A stretch of 64,000 bases of DNA from Macrostomum hystrix (Eukaryota > Animalia > Platyhelminthes). This document shows positions 1 through 12,623 of the stretch, piece after piece (the first letter of the stretch is position 1; the number at the start of each line of letters is the position of its first letter). A program made the translations under genes and the position numbers. The DNA lies in the NCBI GenBank assembly GCA_950097015.1, contig CATNEN010000003.1:12834001-12898000 (forward strand), given 5' to 3'. The notes beneath the pieces are model-generated. The model saw only the letters and a program-made list of their open reading frames with translations, had not been told where the DNA came from and ran no database searches.

Positions 1-1690
1 GACACAACACTTCCATTTTATATCCTGCAGTCACGTCGTTTGAGACACAACAATTCCATTTTATATCCTGAAGTCACGTCGTTTGAGACTCAACACATCC
101 ATTTTATATCCTGCAGTCACGTCGTTTGAGACACAACAAATCCAATTTATATCCTGCAGTCACGTCGTTTGAGACACAACACATCCATTTTATATCCTGA
201 AGTCACGTCGTTTGAGACACAACACATCCATTTTATATCCTGCAGTCACGTCGTTTGAGACACAACACTTCCATTTTATATCCTGAAGTCACGTCGTTTG
301 AGACACAACACTTCCATTTTATATCCTGAAGTCACGTCGTTTGAGACACAACACTTCCATTTTATATCCTGAAGTCACGTCGTTTGAGACACAACACTTC
401 CATTTTATATCCTGAAGTCACGTCGTTTGAGACACAACACATCCATTTTATATCCTGAAGTCACGTCGTTTGAGACACAACACTTCCATTTTATATCCTG
501 CAGTCACGTCGTTTGAGACACAACACTTCCATTTTATATCCTGAAGTCACGTCGTTTGAGACACAACACATCCATTTTATATCCTGAAGTCACGTCGTTT
601 GAGACACAACACTTCCATTTTATATCCTGCAGTCACGTCGTTTGAGACACAACACTTCCATTTTATATCCTGCAGTCACGTCGTTTGAGACACAACACTT
701 CCATTTTATATCCTGCAGTCACGTCGTTTGAGACACAACACTTCCATTTTATATCCTGCAGTCACGTCGTTTGAGACACAACACTTCCATTTTATATCCT
801 GAAGTCACATAGTTTGAGACACAACACTTCCATTTTATATCCTGAAGTCACGTCGTTTGAGACACAACAATTCCATTTTATATCCTGCAGTCACGTCGTT
901 TGAGACACAACACATCCATTTTATATCCTGAAGTCACGTCTTTCGAGACACAACACTTCCATTTTATATCCTGAAGTCACGTCTTTCGAGACACAACACT
1001 TCCATTTTATATCCTGAAGTCACGTCGTTTGAGACTCAACACATCCATTTTATATCCTGAAGTCACGTCGTTTGAGACACAACACTTCCATTTTATATCC
1101 TGAAGTCACGTCGTTTGAGACACGAAACTTCCATTTTATATCCTGAAGTCACGTCGTTTGAGACTCAACACATCCATTTTATATCCTGAAGTCACGTCGT
1201 TTGAGACTCAACACATCCATTTTATATCCTGAAGTCACGTCGTTTGAGACACAACACTTCCATTTTATATCCTGAAGTCACGTCGTTTGAGACTCAACAC
1301 ATCCATTTTATATCCTGAAGTCACGTCGTTTGAGACACAACACTTCCATTTTATATCCTGAAGTCACGTCGTTTGAGACTCAACACATCCATTTTATATC
1401 CTGAAGTCACGTCGTTTGAGACACAACAATTCCATTTTATTTCCTGCAGTCACGTCGTTTGAGACACAACACATCCATTTTATATCCTGAAGTCACGTCG
1501 TTTGAGACTCAACACTTCCATTTTATATCCTGCAGTCACGTCGTTTGAGACACAACACTACCATTTTATATCCTGAAGTCACGTCGTTTGAGACTCAACA
1601 CATCCATTTTATATCCTGAAGTCACGTCGTTTGAGACACGAAACTTCCATTTTAATATCCTGAAGTAACTTCGTTTGAGGACACATCCAT
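1..1690. repeat. 43-bp tandem minisatellite (GAGACACAACACTTCCATTTTATATCCTGAAGTCACGTCGTTT), runs off the left window edge; probably intronic in the CPEB gene
   Basis: Unit recurs at 42, 85, etc. (43-bp period) with few substitutions and no spacers. Confidence 0.97.
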
Positions 1691-2390
1691 TTTAACACTA
1701 GAAGACAAACACTAATATTATTTGAAGTCCTTAAAACAAGACAAAATATTTTTAAGTCGTCAAAAATAATATCTCGATAGTAAGACTGACTGCTACTTTT
1801 CTGGCAATGTTTCGTAAAGTCCCGATGCTTAATTTTTTTTTAAAGATAATATACGAGGGATATACGTTTTTCTGTGAGGTTATGCATTCTGAGTGCACCA
1901 AAATTGCGTGATCAAAAATGTAATTAACAAAAATATTTCGTGTTAGTGTCATTTTAAAGATTTTAAAGATTTGACCTAAATTATTTAATCTTGTTCGCTT
2001 GAACAAGTATAGAAATTGTAGGCTCTATATTCGACTATAGATTTGCAATGCTTTTGAAGCAAAAAAACAAGATAAAACCTTGTGTTAGATCCTCATTTTC
2101 ATTAGCATTTTTGTAGGATTTCTCAAATTAAATTTTCTTGTTTTGCTTCCTGCCAGCTAATTTTATCCATTCATTTTGACAGGCCTTTTCATTTTGGGTC
2201 TTACGGGCTTATATCTGTGCCTTTTAACTATTTCCCAAAGAATTCTACTCCCTTTAAATCAACATGCCTTCAAATCCTCATCCCATTAAATCCTCATCCC
2301 TTCAAATCCTCATTTCTTTAAATCCTTATCCCTTCAAATCGTCCTTTCAAAATCCTCTAATTCTCTAATCCTTATCCTTCCGATTCTCAG

Positions 2391-2915
2391 GTCCAAATCC
2401 GACCCTGGCGACTGTCAGACTCAGACTTTGTCCTTGACTCCAGCCAAGCGTTGGATCCGCGCAAGACGATCTTTGTCGGCGGCGTGCCCAGACCTCTGAG
2501 AGCCTTCGAACTGGCCAGCATCATGAACAATCTCTACGGCGGCGTCTGCTACGCCGGCATTGACACGGATCCGGAGCTGAAATATCCTAAAGGTGCGGGT
2601 AGAGTTGCATTCAGCAGCCAGCAGAGCTACATAGCTGCCATCAGTGCCAGATTTGTCCAGCTGCGACACAGCGACATCGACAAGCGAGTTGAAGTGAAGC
2701 CCTACGTCCTGGACGACCAACTTTGCGACGAATGCGGCGGCGCCATGTGCGGAGGCAAATTCGCGCCGTTCTTCTGCGCTAACGTCACCTGCCTGCAGTA
2801 CTACTGCGACCACTGCTGGGCCGTCATACACGACCAGGCCTCTGGTAGGCAGTTTCACAAGCCGCTGGTTAAGGAGGGCGCCGATAGGCCCCGAACTGTG
2901 CCGTTCCGCTGGTGA
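2391..2915 (+). CDS. CPEB: Terminal coding exon of cytoplasmic polyadenylation element-binding protein, CPEB2-4/Orb2 subfamily (end of RRM1, RRM2, ZZ zinc finger); upstream exons lie outside the window
   Basis: Acceptor ttctcag|2391; VQIRPWRLSDSDFVLD..DPRKTIFVGGVPRPLRA..YAGIDTDPELKYPKGAGRVAF..DIDKRVEVKPYVLDDQLCDEC..CANVTCLQYYCDHCW..H..HKPLVKEG; TGA 2913-2915. Confidence 0.96.
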   Translation, partial: VQIRPWRLSDSDFVLDSSQALDPRKTIFVGGVPRPLRAFELASIMNNLYGGVCYAGIDTDPELKYPKGAGRVAFSSQQSYIAAISARFVQLRHSDIDKRVEVKPYVLDDQLCDECGGAMCGGKFAPFFCANVTCLQYYCDHCWAVIHDQASGRQFHKPLVKEGADRPRTVPFRW

Positions 2916-3014
2916 TTCGGTGGTGAAAAATGAGAAAATTGGTTGCATTGTCAATTAGGAAACATTATTTAGACGATATTTATTTAGTGCACAGCCGCTA
3001 ACAGGCTAAAAACA

Positions 3015-3348
3015 GGGGGGTGGCAGAGCGGTTGACGCGTTTGCCTCTCTCGCCAAGGTCCATAAGTCTCATTAAATTGGCACGCAGCCGCGGAGAGAAG
3101 TGTTGGGGGCTTGTCGTGAAATTTACGTCTTTGAGGGCCAACCTCCAAGGCACAGTGAGAGTGTACACTGCCTAACGATAAGAAATTCAGGGCAGATGTA
3201 CACACCTGTGTGAGCGTGTGCCTATACGTACGGTATCTGTGTGCTTGTGTGTGCTCAGGAGTCAGCGGAATGGGCAGAATTGCCTCCTCGCTGGCTGCGG
3301 GTCTAGTGTCACTAAATAATGCGCCAGTCCTCGCAGTCCTCCTGCAAA
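3015..3348 (+). mobile_element. SINE family B (tRNA-like head), copy 1, about 100 bp past the CPEB stop codon
   Basis: A-box-like TGGCAGAGCGG; body ggccaacctccaaggcacagtgagagtgtacactgcc...gcctcctcgctggctgcgggtctag shared with 7 other copies. Confidence 0.85.
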
Positions 3349-6300
3349 TATGAAATTAAATTATTAGGTAGTAGAAAACTATAAAAAAACTAATCATTAC
3401 TCATTTTTCAACCGTCCGTTTCGAAGCTATGACTTACGTTTTAGAAGCAATCGCTTATAGACAATTAGATCAGTAAATTAGCTCGTAGTTTTTTGGTGTC
3501 GGGTGATATTATAACGATATCCTAAGGTAAAAATGTTAATCACTTTTGTATCACCATTTTTTCGAATTCAATGAACTTGTGGTTTCTACATTTATTTTCT
3601 GTTTTTTACGAGTATTCACTTCGTCGTTTTTTTTGTTTTTTTATGTGGTTTTATTGTTAAAATCTTCGCGTCAATCTTGATTTAAAATGGTCCTTTAAAT
3701 TACTTGATGGGAGCAACTTTTATCTCAATGTCTTCATATTGCGTTTTCTATTTCTTTCTCGTAGTTAAAGCATAGTTAAAGCTTCATCACAGATTATTTT
3801 GAAATAAAGAGAAATACAGAGCCCGTCTAGATCCGCAAATTTATTTACACGCAATTTAGTATTTTTTTCCAAAGTTTGTTATAATGGTTTGCGATTAAAT
3901 TGCATCAAGGCATTGGGTCAACTGGTGTGTTTTTCTAATAATGATGTCTATTTACATCGTTTTTTATTTATATACAAAAGATCTAGATATTATATTCTGC
4001 ATTTTGTTATAGACGCTATGTAATAGTTGTAAAAGTCCTACATTAATATACAGGTTAAATGTTTTTTCGATATTCAGATTTTTAAAGCCATGCTTGACTA
4101 CACAGCCATAAAGTGACTTGTGTCATAATATTCTGAAGATATTACTGACATACCCTATTCAGTAGAGTGAATCGAAAGATTTTCTTTTTTTGCTAGCTTT
4201 TTCTGTTGAAGTGGCACGTATTTAGCGGCTGTTAATGTGAGTGTGTTATGATATTATTATAATAAGGCAATATATACATTTATATACATTTTCTGGTGTT
4301 GTTCTTATTTTTATACTCATTTTCTGATATTCACTTTGTTTTAGTTAGCTGTACCTGTAACATCAAATGTTATATATGATGGCATTCTAGTCAGATTTCA
4401 AATGAATTTTATTGCAAAACTCGTCACTTTTTTCAGCTGTGCACTTAAATTCAATGCGAGCTAATTTGTGATATTATTTGTTATTTATCAGCAACAAATA
4501 TTTATTGGTGATCGGTGTGATATTGTCTTCTATACGGTAGAGCAGTTTCGTATTTGGCGCGTTCTTTCCTTTCCTTTATTAAAGCTTTCTGAATTCTAAT
4601 GATAAAGATTTTCTTTTCTTCATGTTTTTGATTTTTGTTTACTCAAGAAAGTTAACAAAAAACTATTGTTAAGGAAATCAACCAATTAAATCAAGCGAAA
4701 CATATATCGTTGCTGCTTCTTAAAGTTTGGTAACAGATTTCTTGAGTAAATAATTCAACTGATTTCTGAGCTACGTGCTTAAAACAAAAAATTATTTATT
4801 TTTTACGTTACAATTTTTTCTGATCAATTATTTCTAATTCTACTTCCCCCTAACAGTATATACAGTATTTTGTATTATTTGTTTTCTTAGTCCTAGTCAT
4901 ACTAGTCAAATCTGTGCACTTTTTATACATATTTGTTATATTGATAAATTTTCGATTGGTCAGGCCATTTTATTTGTTGTTTACAATTTTGTTATAATCA
5001 TGTACATGTCTTTGGTATCGCTTGTCCTAGTCACTACCAGTGTGTTGCTTCGCACGTATATTCAAAACTTGAAAGTGATTTTGTAATTTGTTTTTGTTTT
5101 CAGAAAAAGCATTAGATTTCATAATACCTTTGTTATTGCCAATCGCAATTTTCTAAGAATTTTTGTTCCTTATTTTATTTCTAGACAATTTTTTTTCTAC
5201 TCGCGCACGTACTACATGATACAAATATTTAACATAATTTTTATGGTTTTCATTATCTTCTTATAAAGCTATCTTGTTTAATTAAATCTGTAGTCTAAAC
5301 TCAAGCTTCAGACATGAGGAGGTCGATCATTTTCGGTATATTTTTTGTTTTTATTACTACTTACGGTATCTTATTTTACTACATAGTACGATACTTGGAG
5401 CTTGGGAAAACTGTATGACAAAAATGAAAAAAATAGGTCAGTTGATGATTTTTCTGACGAAAACCTTTCATAGAAACGGAAAATGAAATCTGTGTATTCT
5501 ACGCTTTTCTATACATATCGGGGTAATCATTATCATTAATTGCCAACAACAAACTGCTTTTCTAAATTGTCAAGCAGTTTATTTTTTAACTTTGTTATTT
5601 AATTGTCGCGATCGTATTTAGATTTTTGTCACATTGTAAAATTTAGTCGCTAAGTACTGATTAGTTTCGTACTGTACTATACACTAAGTACTGTACTGTC
5701 TCGTCCATGTCTTGTTGAAGTCTTTAAGAAACGCCTAAATTGGACTGCTTTATTTCGTTATACTCAGAATGCAAATTTTTTAAATGATAATCCTTAAAGT
5801 TCAGTAGAAATAGTGGTAAAATGTTTATTTTAGTTATTCTTTATCATATACTTCCCGACTTTTAAGTTTTAACAACTCTTATGGGGTTTTTCATGTTTTA
5901 CTACTGGTAAGATTTATTTATCATAAAAAAATCTAATTTGGGACCTAAAAAACTGTTTACAACTAAAGTTTGACTGTTTATACGATTTTTATGCTCTTTA
6001 CACTGTTTCCTATACAGAATTAGCTAGTGCTAAGTTTTCGTACCGAATCTATAGCTGTGTTGCTAATAGTCATTGTTTTGTTTTGTTTTAATGACGCCGT
6101 TTAACAAATGATAAATGTTGATTATTCATCACGTCAGTTTTTGGTTCTAAAAACTAGCTATTATATAACCTTCCTTTTTGTTTGTTTTGTTTTAATAATT
6201 TTTAAACAATCCCTTTTATAAAACTTTTGCTATGTTTGTTGAGGAAATACAGCAATTTCTGCACCAAATAACGTTTTATATTTCTGTCTTTTTGTCGTGT

Positions 6301-6429
6301 TTGCTAATTGATATTATTTGATATTTAAAATAATGTTTTCAAGATTTGGTTTTCAAGAATTACTCATTTCTATGTCAGAAGCTGTGCCGGGTAGTGACAG
6401 ACAAACGAATCTTAACGACAAAACTAACG

Positions 6430-7440
6430 GATCTTTAATTCGTTTAAGTAACGGATCGTTACAGACTAAACTAACGGATCGTAAATTCAGGCTAAACTAA
6501 CGGATAGTAACAGGCTAAACTAACTGATCGTTAATACAGGCTAAACTAACGGTGAGTTACAGGCAAAACTAACGGGTAGTTACAGGCAAAACTAACGGAT
6601 CGTAAATTCAGGCAAAACTAACGGATAGTTACAGGCTAAACTAACGGATCGTTAATACAGGCAAAACTAACGGTGAGTTACAGGCAAAAATAACGGATCG
6701 TTAATACAGGCTAAACTAACGGATCGTTACAGACTAAACTAACGGATCGTAAATTCAGGCAAAACTAATGGATAGTTACAGGCAAAACTAACGGATCGTT
6801 AATACAGGCTAAACTAACGGATCGTTACAGACTAAACTAACGGATCGTAAATTCAGGCAAAACTAATGGATAGTTACAGGCAACACTAACGGATCGTTAA
6901 TACAGGCTAAACTAACGGATCGTTACAGACTAAACTAACGGATCGTAAATTCAGGCTAAACTAACGGATAGTTACAGGCTAAACTATCGGATCATTAATA
7001 CAGGCTAAATTAACGGAGAGTTACAGGCAAAACTAACGGACCGTTAATACAGGCTTATCTAACGGATAGGTACATGCTAAACTAACGGATCGTTACAGGC
7101 TAAACTAACGGATAGTTACAGGCTAAGCTAATGGATAGTTACAGGCTAAGCTAACGGATAGTTACAGGCTAAACTAACGGATAGTTACAGGCTAAACTAA
7201 CGGATAGTTACAGGCTAAACTAACGGATAGTTACAGGCTATGCTAACGGATAGTTACAGGCTAAGCTAACGGATAGTTACAGGCTAAACTAACGGATAGT
7301 TACAGGCTAAACTAACGGATAGTTACAGGCTAAACTAACGGATAGTTACAGGCTAAGCTAAAGGATCGCTACTAAAAAAACGAATGCGATTCTACTAACT
7401 AAACTAACGGATCATTACAGGATAAACCAGGATCGCTACA
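6430..7440. repeat. 23-26-bp minisatellite (CTAACGGATAGTTACAGGCTAAA and variants)
   Basis: Direct tandem repeats with higher-order variant blocks. Confidence 0.95.
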
Positions 7441-8164
7441 GAATAAATAACAGATCGTTACTTTCTTATCAAACAAGGCGTTACTTTGAACTATTGTAGC
7501 AATTCTGAGGAAAAACATGGGCCTCAAAACAATTTAGATCACAAAAATGTTAACGGGCACAATTCACTCCTGGCATTCAGTGAAAAATTAGCTCATTAGA
7601 ACTCAAAAAAGCACAGCTCATCCATTTGGCAGTGAAATTCTCAGGTCAAAGCTCGTTAGGATGCACCTCATCCACACTCAAGCGATGCCTGAAATAATGA
7701 ATTGTCTGCAGCAGGCCATCTCTTAGCAATACACTCGGTTGCCAACCAAGCTCTCGCTTAGCAACCGAGATATCCGGCTTGCGTCGATGTGGGTCATCTT
7801 TGGCGGGATGCAAGCGGTGCACTGGAGAGCTTGAGTTGGCTAGAGTGAGCACAGTTTGAGCAAACTCGCTTATGGTGTGCTCATCAGGATTACCCAGATT
7901 TACTGGCTGAGAATAATTGCTAGACATCAGCGCAATGAGACCCGACACCAAATCCGTCACGTACTGAAACGACCGGGTCTGCTCGCCTTGGCCATAGACA
8001 GTCAGCGGCTGGCCTCTGAGGGCCTGCAGGATGAAGTTGCTCACAACGCGACCATCGTTCATCTGCATTCGGGGCCCGAAGGTGTTGAAGAATACGAACT
8101 AGAGAGACTAGAGACTACTCGAATGTCCACGTTGCTGCGGCTGCGGGAAGTGCAAGGGGCGGAG

Positions 8165-8430
8165 TTTATTGACAGCTGGGAATGGGATTGACAGCTAGGG
8201 AAGATGGGATTGGCAGCTGGGGAAGATGGGATTGGCAGCTGGGAAGATGAAATTGACAGCTGGGGAAGATGGGATTGACAGCTAGGGAGATGGGATTGGC
8301 AGCTGGGGAAGATGGGATTGACAGCTGGGGAGATGGGATTGGCAGCTGGGGAGATGGGATTGACAGGTGCGTAGATGGGATTGTCAGCTGGGGAAGATGG
8401 GATTGGCAGCTGGGGAAGATGGGATCGGCA
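8165..8430. repeat. 22-23-bp intronic minisatellite (GATGGGATTGACAGCTGGGGAA), UXS1 pseudogene intron 2
   Basis: Tandem repeats; reverse complement of the array at 26040-26645. Confidence 0.92.
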
Positions 8431-9074
8431 GCATAGGATGATAGGATTGGAATGAAAATTGGCGATCAGGGATAGATAGGAACCAACATTTTTTTCCAGA
8501 AAAATAGATAACGATAGATACAAAAAGCCCTCGTATATTTGCTGTTACTGGATTCCCAAAGGGGATCAGGAGATCTGAGATTAAAAGAGAAATGGGATCT
8601 GGGATGAGTGAGAAATCTGGATACTGAAGCAGACTCTGAGATCCCTGCACAATGCTCACCGTTTGTAAGCGTAGCACAGCGCCTCAGCCGCTCGCTTGCC
8701 CTCATCGTAGCAGGACCTCGGTCCGATGGGATTAACATTTCCCCAATAGTCCTCGGACTGCGGGTGCCGCTCTGGATCGCCGTAGACCTCGGAGGTGCTG
8801 GCCAGCAGGAGGCGGGCCTTGGTGCGCTTGGCCAAGCCCAGCATGTTGATGGTGCCAATCAGGTTGGTCTTCAGAGTCTTCACCGGGTTCAGCTGGTAGT
8901 TTGGAGGGCTGGCGGGCGATGCCAGGTGGTAGATCTGGTCCACCTGGGGTTTAGGGATTGGGCATAGGGATTGACCTTTGTTTTGGGGATCGTGGTTGCG
9001 TATAGGGGGAGCTTTAAAGACTGAGGATTGGGTAATAGGGAGACTTGAGGATTTTGGGAATCGGGGATCGGCAG

Positions 9075-9300
9075 GAATAGGGATTTAGGATTGGGAAGAT
9101 TAGGGATTTTGGGATTAGGAAGGTTAGGGATTCATGGATTAGGAAGATTAGGGATTCTGGGATTAGGAAGATAAGGGATTCGGGGATTAGGAAGATTAGG
9201 GATTCTGGGATTAGGAAGATTAGGGATTCAGGGATTAGGAAGATTAGGGATTCTGGGATTAGGAAGATTAGCGACTTGGGATTGGGAAGATTAAGGATTG
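9075..9300. repeat. About 24-bp intronic minisatellite (GATTAGGGATTCTGGGATTAGGAA)
   Basis: Tandem repeats; counterpart at 25195-25400. Confidence 0.9.
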
Positions 9301-9401
9301 GATATTAGGAAATTTTGTTTTGAGGATTGCGGCTCCGCATATATAGATAACTTGGGAACTGGGAAACTTCGAGTTTGTGGATTTGGGGATTTGGACTCGC
9401 G

Positions 9402-9660
9402 ATAATAAATAATAATAATTGATTATACCTGCACCGATCGGGCCAGATGTGCAGGCTGTTCGGTCCATGGACTGGGGGTATGCCACACCCACATTTAATT
9501 ACCCCAAATGATGCTGGTACCCATTTAACAGCTGGGTGAACTGAAACGATGCAGAGTTTAAGTGTCCTGCTAGAGAACACAAATCGTTCCAGTGGAGTCG
9601 GGAATCGAACCCTCGACCTTCAAGTCGTGAGTCCGACGCTCTGACCACAAGGCTACAACC
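9402..9660 (-). mobile_element. SINE family A (tRNA-derived, CORE-like), copy lacking part of the 3' internal segment
   Basis: Minus strand GGTTGTAGCCTTGTGG (A box)..GGTTCGATTCC (B box)..CORE-like GGACACTTAAACTCTG..CAGCTGTTAAATGGG..(ATT)n tail; homologous to 27330-27641. Confidence 0.88.
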
Positions 9661-11168
9661 TCCTTAAATGGTGTTAGGTGAATCGCGAAGATAAGGTCCG
9701 GGAATAACAGGGATTTAAATCTTTGTGGCTGACGACTGGGTGTTAGGGGGATTTGGGATTTAGTAAATTTGAGATCGGGAGGAAGATTAGGGATTATGAA
9801 TTTAGAGACATCGGATTAGGGACTGCGGGAATCGAGAAGAGTTTCGAAATCAGGAAGCTGTTTATTATATAGTAATAATGACTTCGAAAATTTACAAAGA
9901 AACATTTGAGCATTTGCATATCGTGGAGATAAAAAAATGATAAAATGAAGTAAAACGTTCTACGCTCGTACGTCCACTTTCGCTCACTTCAAGAAGCAGC
10001 GGACTGATAATGTCGTGATGTAGGAACTCGAATTTTTTGTGACCAATCCATTGCTCAATATTGTCTCGCCGGCCAGTGAAGTATGCTTAAAATAATGCTG
10101 CTAAGAATTATGCTTGAAATAAGTATGCTTCTCACAAGGCACAAGTAGAGCACTGATTTTAACATAAACAAGTGTTGTTAAAATAACAATCGGCCTAATA
10201 ACTTTCGCTATTTAAAACTAAAGACTGCTTTCTAAAGAATATAAAATCAAGTCAAGTATAGTTACGTGTGGAGGCAAGTATAAGGAACTCGCAAAATTTG
10301 TAAATTGCTGCAAACTGCTAGTAACTTATTGCACCACAGCTAATGTACGTTTGTCACATTTTGTTCAAAGTTCTTCTATTTCATTGTTTCTGTCTATGAA
10401 TAATACTTCCAGAATTGTTGAGCTCATTGACTGACAATGGTCGTTAGTATTAAACATTTATAACGGTGTAAATACATTATCAGTTTTAGTGTAAATATGT
10501 TTCATTTTTTTGTTGTAAATACGTTTTATAAAAATACTCAAAAATCTAAAAATTAAATACGCGCCAAAAATAACAAAATTTTTTTTTACTCTTTACTATA
10601 TTGAAAGTAATACTGTATGAATTTTTTTGTTTTAATGATTACCGTGTAAATATTATTTTGTGAAAATTCACACTTTACACAAATGCTAAAAAACTCTTGT
10701 ATATATAGACGCAGTTTTTCAGACAGAAAAATAAACTCGCCGTGCGTGTAAGAGAGTGAGAGAGTGTGTGTGAGTAAAATTGTTGGCCGAAAGTCAAGTC
10801 ATTGTTGAAGCTTTAAGTGTGTTCGAGATATAAAAGAGTGAATTGAGGAAATAATTCATTGTGTTAGTCATTTGTGAGAAGATACTGAGAGATATACTGA
10901 GTACTATACTAAGAACCATACTAAGAACTATACTAAGAACCATACTAAGACCTATACTCAGATTTATACTAAGAATATTACTAAGAGGGAACTGCTAAAC
11001 TCTAATCTCGGGAACGCCTAATCGGCTGGAAAGTATATATAGTGCCTAATAACCGCTCGTGCAACACATACGCTACCATGTTGAGAAGTTAAAACGGCCC
11101 ATTTAAGGACCGCCAGTCTAAGATATCTATTTGAAACAGCAGCAGTGAGATCAGACCTGGTACAACTT

Positions 11169-11186
11169 TGGTGGCATCAGTGGGAT
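11169..11186 (+). mobile_element. Primer-binding-site-like motif of a decayed LTR retrotransposon (tRNA-Leu type)
   Basis: TGGTGGCATCAGTGGGAT differs at 2 positions from the complement of a typical tRNA-Leu 3' end (TGGTGGCAGCGGTGGGAT, recalled); a TATA-like stretch lies upstream; no paired LTR seen. Confidence 0.45.
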
Positions 11187-11379
11187 ATTAAATACTATAG
11201 AATAGCCATGCAACACATTTTTGTTTGCTCCTCTACCAAACATGCCTCTGCAAGAACATACGCACGCACAGCAGGTACGTGGTCTTAAGAATTACAGAAT
11301 GCTCTTTCTGAGACTGACAGAAAATTATAAGAATGGCAAAACTTCAACAGGATTTTCGTTAGTATAACGTCTTGAGAAT

Positions 11380-11885
11380 AGTAGACGTTATAATGAGAAT
11401 AGCGAAATATCGTATGAATAGCTGAATGTTGTGAGAATGCCAGAACTTCGCGAGAATGACGGAACGCCATGAGAATGACAGAACTTCGCGAGAATGACAG
11501 AACGTCGTGAGAATGACAGAACGTCGTTAAAATGACAGAACGTCGCGAGAACGGTGAACGTAAAGAGAATTAAAAAACGTCATGAGAATAACAAACATCG
11601 TCAGAATGACAGAACTTCGTGAGAATTGACAGAACGTCGTGAGAATGACAGAACGTCGTTAAAATGACAGAACGTCGCGAGAACGGTGAACGTAAAGAGA
11701 ATTAAAAAACGTCATGAGAATAACAAACATCGTCAGAATGACAGAACTTCGTGAGAATTGACAGAACGTCGTTAAAATGACAGAACGTCGTTAAAATGAC
11801 AACGTCGCGAGAACGGTGAACGTAAAGAGAATGAAAAAACGTCATGAGAATAACAAACATCGTCAGAATGACAGAACGTCATTTC
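11380..11885. repeat. About 20-bp subunit repeat (GAGAATGACAGAACGTCGT) with a higher-order block repeated about 3 times
   Basis: Direct repeats visible; block acgtcgcgagaacggtgaacgtaaagagaat recurs near 11540, 11670 and 11802. Confidence 0.88.
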
Positions 11886-12623
11886 ATCAACGGACTTTTG
11901 GATTATTGGATTTGGAGAGAGGACATTTTGAAGGACGCGGAAAAAAGAGGATTGTGAGAACAGAAGTATAGAAGAAAATGATGGACAAGGGCACGGACAG
12001 GAAATTAAAGAACAAAGCACAAACAGGATGACTGTTGGAGAATCGAGAGTGACACAGGAGGAAATTAACTTGGCGGACTGGTAGGCCCAGAAGGGACTGA
12101 CAGGTATGAAAGTGGGAACTAGGGCTAGCATGTATTTGAAGTATAGAGCTGGCAGCTGGGCATATCCAGGGATCTGCTGCTGCTGCAATTAAAGTGCTCA
12201 GACCACGTCTGCAGGCCTACAACAGCGTGTTTGCTTGGCAAGAAGAAAATTGGTCTAAAAATAGGCACTCAGCTTTATAACTAAAAAAGTCTCTGGATGG
12301 TGTGTAGATTGCACTCGCTTTAGCTGGCTGAAACCAAGCTAGAAAGTTGACACTGCTGCGGGAAATGCTGCAGCTGCATGCAAGCATGGGAGCAGTGTAG
12401 AAGCGATATCACGTATTGAGAACTTATGAAGGTGTGCTAAGAACATTACGATTGGCTAGCCCGGCTGGTTCGTTGGATTAAACAAAAAGCAAACAAATTC
12501 ATCCATACAAAACTGAGGCAGCGTGGCTTTTCGCGATTTAAATATAGTCCAGTCGCAAGTCCCATATAAACCTCGTATTCATTGATGCGAGAAGCAGCAG
12601 TTTGATGCCCAGCTTGAGCAAAC

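Larger units (their letters stand above)
7646..10081 (-). pseudogene. UXS1: UXS1 (UDP-glucuronate decarboxylase) duplicate: 5'-truncated exon 1 remnant 10081-9988, exon 2 8943-8660, exon 3 about 8140-7646 with a frameshift
   Basis: Exon 2-3 proteins almost identical to the + copy at 25.5-27.1 kb; 6 nt replaced by 23 nt at 8092-8114 (net +17, frameshift); exon 1 remnant FTGRRDNIEQWIGHKKFEFLHHDIISPLLLE with no upstream start or GGAGFVG motif found. Confidence 0.88.

Noticed and set aside
1-1690. CRISPR-like array of regular repeats
   Set aside because: Units are contiguous with no unique spacers, there are no cas genes, and the context is eukaryotic; it is a minisatellite. The same applies to the other arrays.
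2421-2954. Antisense ORF over the CPEB exon (similar antisense ORFs over UXS1, TMEM94, CNNM)
   Set aside because: Shadow ORFs of GC-rich coding exons with no recognisable motifs
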